Source: Clostridia bacterium
Lineage (GTDB): Bacteria; Bacillota; Clostridia; Oscillospirales; CAG-272
Length of the DNA stretch: 64,000 nt
Assembly (NCBI GenBank): GCA_017443595.1
Contig: JAFSYU010000020.1
Coordinates: 1-64,000 of the forward strand
Direction: 5' to 3'
Below are positions 14,731 through 23,121 of the stretch, piece after piece. The notes under the pieces are model-generated. The model worked only from the letters and a program-made list of their open reading frames with translations. It searched no databases and was not told the DNA's origin. The stretch's first letter is position 1. The number at the start of each line of letters is the position of its first letter. The translations under genes were made by a program, and so were the position numbers.

Positions 14731-16485
14731 TTATTCCACATCCTGTAAGGCGTCGTAGCCCTCTTCTCCGGTACGTACCTTGACGACGTTTTCAACGTCA
14801 TAGACGAATATCTTGCCGTCGCCTATGTGACCGGTGTAAAGCACGCTTTTTGCAGTTTCAATAACGTGTCTTACGGGAACTTTGCTTACTACTATATCTA
14901 CCTGGATCTTAGGCAAAAGATTCGCTTCCACAACAACGCCGCGGTAGTATTCCGGCTGTCCCTTCTGCGCTCCGCAGCCTAAAACGTGAGATACCGTCAT
15001 ACCCGTTATGCCTATGTCCATCATGGCGTTCTTAAGCGCCTCGAATCTCTGCTCTTTGCAGATGATCTCCACCTTTGTAAACTTCGGCGATCCGTCGTCG
15101 AAGGTCGGTACTTTCTTTACCGGCACAGCCTCCGCAACGGGTGTGTCGCCGCTCACCGCAACGGCACCTTCGTAACCGTAATCAAGGCTTTCGACCGCCG
15201 GTACGAAGTCGGCATATGCGCTCGGAAGTCCGTGCTCGGTCTTGTCAAGTCCTTTGATCTCCTCTTCGGGCGATACGCGAAGTCCCACGGTCTTTTTGAT
15301 AATGAAGAACGTCAAAGTCATCATGACTGCCGTCCAGGCGAGTATGGCGACGATGCCGAGCGTCTGTATGCCGAGCAGTCTGAAATCACCCGTGTAGAAC
15401 AGACCTTTAAGTCCGGCGGGAGCGGACGGATTTGCAAGAAGACCTACCGCAATAGTGCCCCATATGCCGTTTGCAAGGTGTACGCCTACCGCGCCGACCG
15501 GGTCGTCTATGTGAAGCTTAAGATCAAGGAATTCAACTACGAATACAACAAGCAGACCGGAAACTATACCGACTATGCTTGAACCTAAAGCGTCAAGCGC
15601 GTCGCAGCCCGCCGTAATACCTACAAGGCCCGCGAGCGATGCGTTTAAGCACATTGAAACGTCCGGCTTTTTGTTTTTGATCCAGGTAAAGATCATAGTC
15701 GTGCAGGTCGCTACCGCAGGAGCGATTGTTGTCGTTAAGAAAATGGATGAAAGCGAGTTGCCGTCCCAGGCAGCCGCGCCGTTGAAGCCGTACCAGCCGA
15801 ACCATAAGATGAAGCAGCCGAGCGCTCCGAGCGTTATGGAGTGACCGGGGATGGCGTTTACTTTCTTGACCTTGCCGGCTTTGTCCTTTATGTATTTACC
15901 GAGTCTCGGACCTACCATTATGGCGCCGATCAGAGCTGTTATACCGCCCACCGAGTGTATCGCGGCGGAGCCTGCGAAATCGTGGAATCCCATTTGTGCA
16001 AGCCAGCCGTTGCTGTTCCAGACCCAGCCCGCTTCTATCGGGTATACGAAAAGCGAGATGACGCCGGAATAAATACAGTATGATAAGAATTTTGTTCTCT
16101 CCGCCATGGAGCCGGAAACTATCGTCGCCGCCGTGGCGCAGAAAACGAGGTTGAATACGAACGACGGAGCGTTGCCGTCTCTTAAAAATCCGCCGAAATC
16201 AGTTAAAATTTTCAGATTCGGCACGCCTATTATGCCAAGTACGTAATCTTCCGCCATCATAAGCGAGAAACCGAGGAGAACGAACACGACCGTGCCTATA
16301 CAGAAGTCCATAAGGTTTTTCATTATGATGTTGCCCGCGTTTTTAGCGCGTGTAAATCCCGTTTCCACCATTGCGAAGCCCGCTTGCATGAAGAACACGA
16401 GCGCCGCACCTATCAAAAACCAAACACCGAATACCTCGCTTGTAACGGTATCTTGTACTAATTTAGTTAAACTTTCGGTTGCCAT
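14731..16485 (-). CDS. amt: Ammonium transporter Amt fused to a C-terminal P-II (GlnK/GlnB) nitrogen-regulatory domain
   Basis: 584 aa. Amt transmembrane core runs to about aa 440. The C-terminal ~110 aa (KVEIICKEQRFEALKNAMMDIGITGMTVS…GDGKIFVYDVENVVKVRTGEEG) is a P-II fold. Confidence 0.8.
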   Translation of the reverse strand: MATESLTKLVQDTVTSEVFGVWFLIGAALVFFMQAGFAMVETGFTRAKNAGNIIMKNLMDFCIGTVVFVLLGFSLMMAEDYVLGIIGVPNLKILTDFGGFLRDGNAPSFVFNLVFCATAATIVSGSMAERTKFLSYCIYSGVISLFVYPIEAGWVWNSNGWLAQMGFHDFAGSAAIHSVGGITALIGAIMVGPRLGKYIKDKAGKVKKVNAIPGHSITLGALGCFILWFGWYGFNGAAAWDGNSLSSIFLTTTIAPAVATCTTMIFTWIKNKKPDVSMCLNASLAGLVGITAGCDALDALGSSIVGIVSGLLVVFVVEFLDLKLHIDDPVGAVGVHLANGIWGTIAVGLLANPSAPAGLKGLFYTGDFRLLGIQTLGIVAILAWTAVMMTLTFFIIKKTVGLRVSPEEEIKGLDKTEHGLPSAYADFVPAVESLDYGYEGAVAVSGDTPVAEAVPVKKVPTFDDGSPKFTKVEIICKEQRFEALKNAMMDIGITGMTVSHVLGCGAQKGQPEYYRGVVVEANLLPKIQVDIVVSKVPVRHVIETAKSVLYTGHIGDGKIFVYDVENVVKVRTGEEGYDALQDVE

Positions 16486-16498
16486 TTATATACACCTC

Positions 16499-18595
16499 TT
16501 ATCTTACGCTGAAAAGTATGTCGGCGTAGCTCGGGAACGGCCAGTATGATTTAGCCGTGAGCGTTTCCGCCTCATCGCACGCTACGCGCAGCCCGCACAT
16601 TTCGGAAAGCACGTCGTCGCGTATCATAACGGACTCTGCTGTTATATCGTCCGCGTCCTGCAGTTTTATAAGCGCTTTCTGCAGAGCATCCGTCTTTATG
16701 GCTATCGTGTCCGTAAGACCCGACAGCTTCTTTACAAGACCCGTTTCGTATTCGCAGGACAGATTCGGGTCAAGCGCTTTTTTGCTCTGCGCGTCCTTTG
16801 CTATATCCGACGCGAATTTTGCGACAGCCGGCAGGATCTGAGTCTTTGCCATTGATACCATGGTATTTGCCTCTATCGTTACGGTCTTGCAGTAATTTTC
16901 AAGCATTATCTCACAGCGCGACTGCAGTTCCTCAACGGAGAATACCTTGTGCGCGGTAAGCATATCCACGTTTTTCTTGTCAAGCAGATGCGGCATGCAG
17001 TCCGCCGTTGTTCTGTAATTGAGCAGTCCGCGAACTTCCGTCGCTTCCTTTATCCACGCGTCGTCGTAGCCGTTGCCGTTGAATATGATGCGCTTGTGAT
17101 CTTTTATGGTCTTCTTTATCATATCGTGCAGCGCCGTTTCAAAATCTGCCGCGCCTTCAAGTCTGTCCGCGTATATCTTCAGGCTCTCGGCTACCGCGGC
17201 GTTCAGCATTATGTTCGCGCAGGCTATGGAGTTTGAAGAACCGAGCATACGGAACTCGAATTTGTTTCCGGTGAATGCAAACGGGGAAGTTCTGTTTCTG
17301 TCGGTCGTATCGCGGTTGAATTTCGGCAGAACGTCAACGCCGAGCTTCATCTGCGTCTTTTCCGCGCCCTGATACGGCGTGTCGTTTTCTATGGCGTCAA
17401 GCACCGCACCGAGCTCGTCGCCTACGAACATTGAGATGACGGCGGGAGGCGCTTCGTTTGCGCCTAAGCGGTGGTCGTTTCCTGCCGTCGCAATGGAAAT
17501 ACGGAGCAGGTCCTGATAATCGTCAACAGCTTTGATGACCGCGCACAGGAAAAGCAAGAACTGCGCGTTTTCATACGGTGTTTCGCCCGGGGAAAGCAGG
17601 TTCTGTCCCTCGTCCGTGGCGATCGACCAGTTGTTGTGCTTGCCGGAGCCGTTCACGCCCGCGAAAGGCTTTTCGTGAAGCAGACAGACAAGTCCGTGCT
17701 TCTGCGCGACCTTCTGCATGATCTCCATTGTGAGCTGGTTGTGGTCCGTCGCAACGTTTGTTGTCGTATATATCGGCGCAAGCTCGTGCTGAGCCGGAGC
17801 AACTTCGTTATGTTCCGTTTTCGCCATGATGCCGAGCTTCCACAACTCGTCGTTTAATTCTTCCATATAAGCCGCTACTCTCGGTTTGATAGCGCCGAAG
17901 TAGTGGTCGTCCATCTCCTGGCCCTTAGGCGGCTTTGATCCGAACAAGGTTCTGCCGCAGAAACGCAGGTCGGGACGCTGATCGTACATTTCTTTTGTTA
18001 TAAGAAAATATTCCTGTTCCGGTCCGACGGACGAAACGACTCTTTTCGCGGTGTCGTTGCCGAACAGCTTAAGAACGCGCAGCGCCTGCTTGTTAAGCGC
18101 TTCCATTGAGCGAAGCAGCGGAGTCTTCTTGTCAAGCGCGTGGCCGCCGTACGAACAGAACGCGGTGGGGATACATAACGTCTTGCCTTTTATGAACGCG
18201 TAAGACGTCGGGTCCCACGCGGTATAGCCTCTCGCCTCAAACGTTGCGCGAAGACCGCCTGACGGGAAAGATGAAGCGTCCGGTTCGCCTTTTATAAGTT
18301 CCTTACCGGAAAATTCCATTATAACGCTTCCGTCGGGCGACGGGGAGATGAAGCTGTCGTGCTTTTCTGCCGTGATGCCGGTAAGCGGCTGGAACCAGTG
18401 CGTGAAGTGAGTAGCGCCTTTTGAGATCGCCCACTGTTTCATCGCAGCGGCTACGGCGTTGGCTACGCTTATGTCAAGCGTCTTGCCTTCGTCAATAGTC
18501 TGCTTCAGCGAATTATATACCTTAGCCGAAAGCGTCGCTTTCATAACTCTGTCGTCAAATACGTTCTCACCGAAATAATCCGATACGGTTTTCAT
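16499..18595 (-). CDS. glnN: Glutamine synthetase type III
   Basis: About 698 aa starting at [13 protein letters not shown], preceded by an AAAGGAG ribosome-binding site. The listed 18643 start is an upstream in-frame extension. The size and sequence fit GSIII. Confidence 0.85.
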   Translation of the reverse strand: MKTVSDYFGENVFDDRVMKATLSAKVYNSLKQTIDEGKTLDISVANAVAAAMKQWAISKGATHFTHWFQPLTGITAEKHDSFISPSPDGSVIMEFSGKELIKGEPDASSFPSGGLRATFEARGYTAWDPTSYAFIKGKTLCIPTAFCSYGGHALDKKTPLLRSMEALNKQALRVLKLFGNDTAKRVVSSVGPEQEYFLITKEMYDQRPDLRFCGRTLFGSKPPKGQEMDDHYFGAIKPRVAAYMEELNDELWKLGIMAKTEHNEVAPAQHELAPIYTTTNVATDHNQLTMEIMQKVAQKHGLVCLLHEKPFAGVNGSGKHNNWSIATDEGQNLLSPGETPYENAQFLLFLCAVIKAVDDYQDLLRISIATAGNDHRLGANEAPPAVISMFVGDELGAVLDAIENDTPYQGAEKTQMKLGVDVLPKFNRDTTDRNRTSPFAFTGNKFEFRMLGSSNSIACANIMLNAAVAESLKIYADRLEGAADFETALHDMIKKTIKDHKRIIFNGNGYDDAWIKEATEVRGLLNYRTTADCMPHLLDKKNVDMLTAHKVFSVEELQSRCEIMLENYCKTVTIEANTMVSMAKTQILPAVAKFASDIAKDAQSKKALDPNLSCEYETGLVKKLSGLTDTIAIKTDALQKALIKLQDADDITAESVMIRDDVLSEMCGLRVACDEAETLTAKSYWPFPSYADILFSVR

Positions 18596-18619
18596 TGTTT
18601 TTTTCTCCTTTTTTTGTTT

Positions 18620-18659
18620 GAAAAATGAAGAGGCGCCTTCCACAAATGTGAAAGACGCC
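18620..18659 (-). terminator. Terminator-like hairpin plus U-tract inside the glnN 5' UTR, a putative attenuator
   Basis: On the minus-strand RNA, GGCGUCUUUC-acauuugu-GGAAGGCGCC forms a 10-bp stem with two G·U pairs, followed by UCUUCAUUUUUC. It lies between the promoter and the ribosome-binding site. Confidence 0.35.
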
Positions 18660-18684
18660 TTTGCCTTTTCGTTATTACGGCGGT

Positions 18685-18713
18685 ATTATACTACATAAAA
18701 TCCGATTTGTCAA
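18685..18713 (-). promoter_or_regulatory. Near-consensus sigma-A promoter for the glnN operon
   Basis: On the minus strand, cTTGACAaatcggattttatgtagTATAATacc. The spacer is 17 bp. Confidence 0.6.
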
Positions 18714-18761
18714 GCCCTTTTTGCAATTTTTTTGAAATTTTCCTGCATTTTTTGATTTGGA

Positions 18762-18930
18762 TGTTTTGTTGGGGGTTACCCACCCCTCAGGCGCGTACCG
18801 CGCCAACCCCCAAACCCCCTACCCCTCCGGAACCCCCATTGCTCACTACGTTCGCAACGGGGAACCCCTCGGTCCCTCCCACAGATCAAAGATCTGAGGG
18901 GGCTGCCGAGACAATCGGCTGAGGGTGTGT
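18762..18930 (-). repeat. Copy 1 (inverted orientation) of a mosaic GC-rich intergenic hairpin repeat
   Basis: Contains the reverse complement of the shared core GGGGTTCCCCGTTGCGAACGTAGTGAGCAATGGGGGTTCC, a CCCTCAGATC…CTGAGGG hairpin and a GGGGTGGG…CCCC module. Confidence 0.75.
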
Positions 18931-18980
18931 TTTCGTGCAGAATTCTGAAAAGCAACGCGATGAATATATAAATGCTCACA

Positions 18981-19607
18981 TCAATTATAATTTTGATCAA
19001 TATCTCTTTTTCTGCAAATAACCTCTTCATTTCCCGTTTGTTCGTTTTTTTGAAATGTTACTTGAAGATCAAGATAATTGATATTTGCATAATCTGCGTC
19101 ATCTGATCCGGTATAAATCCGAACTGTGTTTTCATCTGTAAAACCTTCTCTGTCATAAGGTTCCCAGAATATAGCGGAACCACTCGGGTTTTTTATTTGC
19201 ACTAACAGCTGACCGTCTACCTGCTCCGCGTCAAAGTATCTGATAAAAACCGGATCGCCCTCAGCTTCAACTTTACAAACACCGTCCTTGCTTTCAACGT
19301 ATTCTACTTTACAAATATTACCTAAATAAACGGTAATATTCTTGCAGGCCGCAAATTCCTTACTGTATTGATATTTCTGATTTATCATTTTCTCCTCTTT
19401 TCTTTCACCAAACAAAACGCCTATAGGTACAGATAAGATTTCGGCAATTACCGGAAACATCGTAACGTCTGGGTAACCGATCCCGCATTCCCATTTTGAA
19501 ATTGACTGTGCGGAAATACCGAGCTTTTCGGCAAGCGCAGTTTGTGTCAAACCTTTCTCTTTTCTTAATTTTGTAATGATATTGCAAAACTCATTTAGCT
19601 TATACAT
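18981..19607 (-). CDS. XRE-family HTH transcriptional regulator with an uncharacterised C-terminal domain
   Basis: 208 aa. The N-terminal HTH_3 is KGLTQTALAEKLGISAQSISKWECG. Confidence 0.7.
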   Translation of the reverse strand: MYKLNEFCNIITKLRKEKGLTQTALAEKLGISAQSISKWECGIGYPDVTMFPVIAEILSVPIGVLFGERKEEKMINQKYQYSKEFAACKNITVYLGNICKVEYVESKDGVCKVEAEGDPVFIRYFDAEQVDGQLLVQIKNPSGSAIFWEPYDREGFTDENTVRIYTGSDDADYANINYLDLQVTFQKNEQTGNEEVICRKRDIDQNYN

Positions 19608-19689
19608 AGCTTATCCCCTTTCTATAACCAAGTATACCACAAAAACAAAGGACCGTCAATAACTGCTCAGTTGTAAATGATTTTTATAT

Positions 19690-20000
19690 TGTTGCTTTCA
19701 TCATAGAGTTGTGCCGTTAGCCCGATATTTTCCGGGGTTGTTTCGCGATTCCAGGGCGGGCGACCAATGGTCGCCCCTACGAGACGCGCGCTGCCCCCTC
19801 GATTTAAAATCGACGGGAGGGGACAGGGGGGTATGGGGGGGTTCTCGGGCGTAGCCCGAGCAAAGGGGTTCCCCGTAGCGAACATAGTGAGCAATGGGGG
19901 TTCCCGTGAGGGGTGGGAAACCACCCATTTTCGTCGGCTCCGCCGACACCTTTTTTTATTATTTCTTATTTATTCTTTATTATTTATATCGGTCTTCCCG
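19690..20000 (+). repeat. Copy 2 of the mosaic repeat family, with both GC-rich and AT-rich modules
   Basis: Modules are CGACCAATGGTCGCCCCTAC, the core GGGGTTCCCCGTAGCGAACATAGTGAGCAATGGGGGTTCCCG, GGGTGGGAAACCACCC, GTCGGCTCCGCCGAC and an AT-rich tail tttattatttcttatttattctttatt. Confidence 0.75.
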
Positions 20001-20004
20001 TTCA

Positions 20005-20035
20005 AATTAAAACGGGTGAGCGTTGCTCACCCGAA
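20005..20035 (-). terminator. Terminator of the PP2C::HATPase gene
   Basis: GGGTGAGC-gtt-GCTCACCC hairpin, followed on the minus strand by GUUUUAAUUUG. Confidence 0.55.
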
Positions 20036-20050
20036 AATCATAATTTCTGA

Positions 20051-22174
20051 TTATATATTTTTTGTTATCGTAAGATTATTTTTGCCGTCTTTATATTCAT
20101 AGCGCATATCGTCCATGCTCTTTTTTACCATAAATATCCCGAGCCCTCCGATAGGTCTTTCTTCCGCGGACAGCGTTATATCGGGATCCGGCTTTGCAAG
20201 CGGATCGTACTGCTTGCCTTGATCTATAAACGTGATAAGCACACGGCGCGGATCGTCCGCAGTTTCAAATCGGATGGTGATCTGTCCTACCTCGGGCGCG
20301 TATGCGTAATGTGCGACGTTTACGAACAGCTCCTCTACCGCGACGTTGATCTGCATCTGAGTTTTAGCAGGACACTCAAGCGCCTCAAGCCGTTCGTTTA
20401 TAAAAGCAAGCGCGCTGTCAAGATTTTCGTCCGTTGCGTCGAGCGTAAGTTCCGGCGCTTCTTTTTTGCCTTCCGGTCCGGCGTATGAGAAGCCGAGCAT
20501 GGTTATATCGTCAAACTGCGGGGCTTCACCCACGAATTTTTCTATTGCACCGCGAACGTTGGATATAAGCGCGGCAGGTTTGGCGCCGGGATCTATATTC
20601 AACGCGTCGGTCAGGCGCTCTTCTCCGAACAGGATCGTTTCGGCGTTTGTGGCCTCGGTCACGCCGTCCGTATATACGAACAGACTGTCGCCCGGATGAA
20701 GCTCAAACTCGTGCTCCTTGAATCTCATGCCTTCCATCGTCGCCACGGCGGGTGAATGACGGTATTTTATAAGCTCAAACGAGCCGTCCGCGCGGCGGAG
20801 AGCGGGATGCTCGTGTCCGGCGTTTGCGGCAATGCCCTTGCCGGTCGTTATGTCAATAACGGCAAGCCATACCGTTACGAACAGTTCCGCCTCGTTTCCT
20901 TCACATAACTGATCGTTTACGTATTTCAGGATCTCGGCAGGGCCGCCCCCCATCATGGAGCGGTTTTTGATAAGCGTCTTTGCTATGACCATGAACAGCG
21001 CCGCGGGAACTCCCTTTCCGGAAACGTCCGCCATGACAAGGCCTATATGAGAATCGTCTATCATAAAGAAATCGTAGAAGTCGCCGCCGACTTCCTTCGC
21101 CGGCGTCATTGACGCGTAAAGATCAAACTCGGTGCGGTCCGGGAACGCGGGGAATATTCGCGGAAGCATATCCGCCTGGATCTGTGCGGCAACGTTCAGC
21201 TCCGCGCCTATACGCTCCTTTTCTGCCGTTATCGCCGTCAGGTTGACAATATATCTGTTAATATCTCTTTCCATCTGTTTTACGGAATCACACAGCGTCT
21301 CCACCTCGTCGCCGGTGCGGATATTCAGACGTGAGATAGCGGAATCTTCCTTTTGTTCGTCGCTTCGATCCTGTACAAACGAACGCGCTGCATCCGAAAG
21401 CATATTGATCGGTTTTATCAGCGCTATTACTATAGCGATAAGAATGACTGCTATCAATATGATAACGGCAATCCCCATAAATATAATAATACTGCGCAGA
21501 TAATCGGCACGGTCCTGCATTATTTCGTCCATTGATATGTCAACTCCGACAAGTGCAATTGACTTTCCGTTATCATCCCTCACCGGTTCCACGGAGGTAC
21601 ACAGCCAGCCGTACGTATCGTTAGTGATGAACGCGGGAATACCGTCTTCCGGATGTTCAACTTCTTTTGCCGGTCCGGAAACAGCATGTTTTGTCCCGAG
21701 CTGACACTGCTCCTCGGTATCATCCGCATCCATTATGTATGTGATCATATTTCCTTCAAGTATCTGGACGTACAGGTATTTGACCCCGTTGCTTTCTTTG
21801 ATATCGAAAAGAACGTCGAGCATCTCGTAATAGAGATCATCCTTGATCGCGTTGGCTTTCCGGTCATATTCATCCTTGTAAGAGACGTCGCTCCAGTATT
21901 TTGCGTCGTCATATTCACCTATCTGTTTGACAGCTTCGTAATAACGGAGAAGAGCTCCCGCGTCAAGTTGAGAAGCCGCTGTTTTTGCAAGGTTTGAAGA
22001 CAGTGTCTTATAGTGATTGTCCATCGTGGAGCTGTAAACTCTGTAACTTATGGTAACCGCGATGGTTGTCAGCACCAGTGCCGCGAAAATGATAACCGCG
22101 ACGGTTTTAAAACGAAGGGAAACAAGCCTGGATTTCTTTTTGTTTGACTTTGACATTGTATTATTTCCTTTCAA
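20051..22174 (-). CDS. Membrane sensor protein carrying a PP2C (SpoIIE/RsbU-type) phosphatase fused to a HATPase_c (RsbW-like anti-sigma kinase) domain
   Basis: 707 aa. A signal anchor and an extracytoplasmic domain of about 200 aa precede a second transmembrane helix. The PP2C motifs are GGDFYDFFMIDDSHIGLVMADVSGKG and DGVTEA. The C-terminal GHKL fold is VAVEELFVNVAHYAY…GGLGIFMVKKSMD. Confidence 0.7.
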   Translation of the reverse strand: MKGNNTMSKSNKKKSRLVSLRFKTVAVIIFAALVLTTIAVTISYRVYSSTMDNHYKTLSSNLAKTAASQLDAGALLRYYEAVKQIGEYDDAKYWSDVSYKDEYDRKANAIKDDLYYEMLDVLFDIKESNGVKYLYVQILEGNMITYIMDADDTEEQCQLGTKHAVSGPAKEVEHPEDGIPAFITNDTYGWLCTSVEPVRDDNGKSIALVGVDISMDEIMQDRADYLRSIIIFMGIAVIILIAVILIAIVIALIKPINMLSDAARSFVQDRSDEQKEDSAISRLNIRTGDEVETLCDSVKQMERDINRYIVNLTAITAEKERIGAELNVAAQIQADMLPRIFPAFPDRTEFDLYASMTPAKEVGGDFYDFFMIDDSHIGLVMADVSGKGVPAALFMVIAKTLIKNRSMMGGGPAEILKYVNDQLCEGNEAELFVTVWLAVIDITTGKGIAANAGHEHPALRRADGSFELIKYRHSPAVATMEGMRFKEHEFELHPGDSLFVYTDGVTEATNAETILFGEERLTDALNIDPGAKPAALISNVRGAIEKFVGEAPQFDDITMLGFSYAGPEGKKEAPELTLDATDENLDSALAFINERLEALECPAKTQMQINVAVEELFVNVAHYAYAPEVGQITIRFETADDPRRVLITFIDQGKQYDPLAKPDPDITLSAEERPIGGLGIFMVKKSMDDMRYEYKDGKNNLTITKNI

Positions 22175-23121
22175 ATCAGGATCAGATTTACGTAAGTATT
22201 GCGGAGCGGTGCGTTATACACAATGGAGGAAACGACGTCTTCTCCTTCGCTGCATAAATAATCCGGAAGGTATGCCGTAAGCTGCTTCACGGAGAATGTT
22301 TCACATAAAGCATATGCAACTCTTCTGATCTGCTGCAGAGAAAGATTTGTTTCGATCACCTTAAGCGAATCATTTTGAGGAGCGCACATGATGAAATATT
22401 TGCAGCCGTCAAGCTCGACGCTGAGTGTCCTGCCGCCGAAAAACGCGGTTTCGTTGATGCAGAAGCCCACGTGCCGGTCAGACCATTTGACGTACGGATG
22501 AGAGGAAAACGCACAATCGCGCATCCGGTTGTAATCCTTTGGCAAAACCGGAGAAAAAACAACGTCTTCTTTTATTTCCGGGCATACGGTGACAAGCTTA
22601 AGAATTGCGTCCTGCTCAAAGCCAAGTGTTTTATAATACGGTATAATGTCCCGGCGAACGGGTTTGCCGAAAAGTGCGCAGTTGTTGTTTCTTGCATATT
22701 CCTCCACGTAATGAAACAGCGCGGTGTAGTATCCGTTTTTTCGGTATTCGGGTAAGGATCCGCCTGCGTACAGAAATTTTGCGTTTAGTGCCTCAGCCCC
22801 GTCGACAAATGAAGCGTCAAACCAATGCAGCATGCTTACAGGCTGACCGTCGACCGCATAAACCGCTGTCGTTATATGACCGAAATTTTCACGGTAAAAA
22901 AACCTGACGTAGTCTTCATCGTCGCCGAAGCAAACCTTCCAAATTCTGCACAGCGATGCTATATCTTTCTCTTCTGCAGTGCGTATTCCGTTGTCCAATT
23001 TATCAAACCTCCACGGTGAGTGTATTGAATCCGGCATAGCGCCGGTAGAAAAAGCGTTTTGATTTTGCTTTGACCATTTGTATTCCGAGCGCGGCAAGAC
23101 TTTCCTCGTCCTCGTAATCAC
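22171..23121 (-). CDS. GNAT-fold acyltransferase-like protein. The start is uncertain because the listed N-terminus overlaps the upstream gene by 118 nt.
   Basis: 316 aa as listed. A GNAT-like N-terminus begins around IRTAEEKDIASLCRIW. ATGA overlap with the downstream PP2C gene indicates coupling. Confidence 0.4.
   Translation of the reverse strand: MITRTRKVLPRSEYKWSKQNQNAFSTGAMPDSIHSPWRFDKLDNGIRTAEEKDIASLCRIWKVCFGDDEDYVRFFYRENFGHITTAVYAVDGQPVSMLHWFDASFVDGAEALNAKFLYAGGSLPEYRKNGYYTALFHYVEEYARNNNCALFGKPVRRDIIPYYKTLGFEQDAILKLVTVCPEIKEDVVFSPVLPKDYNRMRDCAFSSHPYVKWSDRHVGFCINETAFFGGRTLSVELDGCKYFIMCAPQNDSLKVIETNLSLQQIRRVAYALCETFSVKQLTAYLPDYLCSEGEDVVSSIVYNAPLRNTYVNLILI

Noticed and set aside
18707-20102. 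ORFs 18707..18922, 18776..19030, 19667..19924, 19701..19949 and 19767..20102, which encode Pro/Gly-rich peptides such as …REPPLLTMFATGNP…
   Set aside because: They lie entirely within the GC-rich mosaic repeat copies. The same pseudo-peptide recurs wherever the repeat occurs, in both orientations. There is no ribosome-binding site, so these are artefacts of repeat sequence rather than genes.
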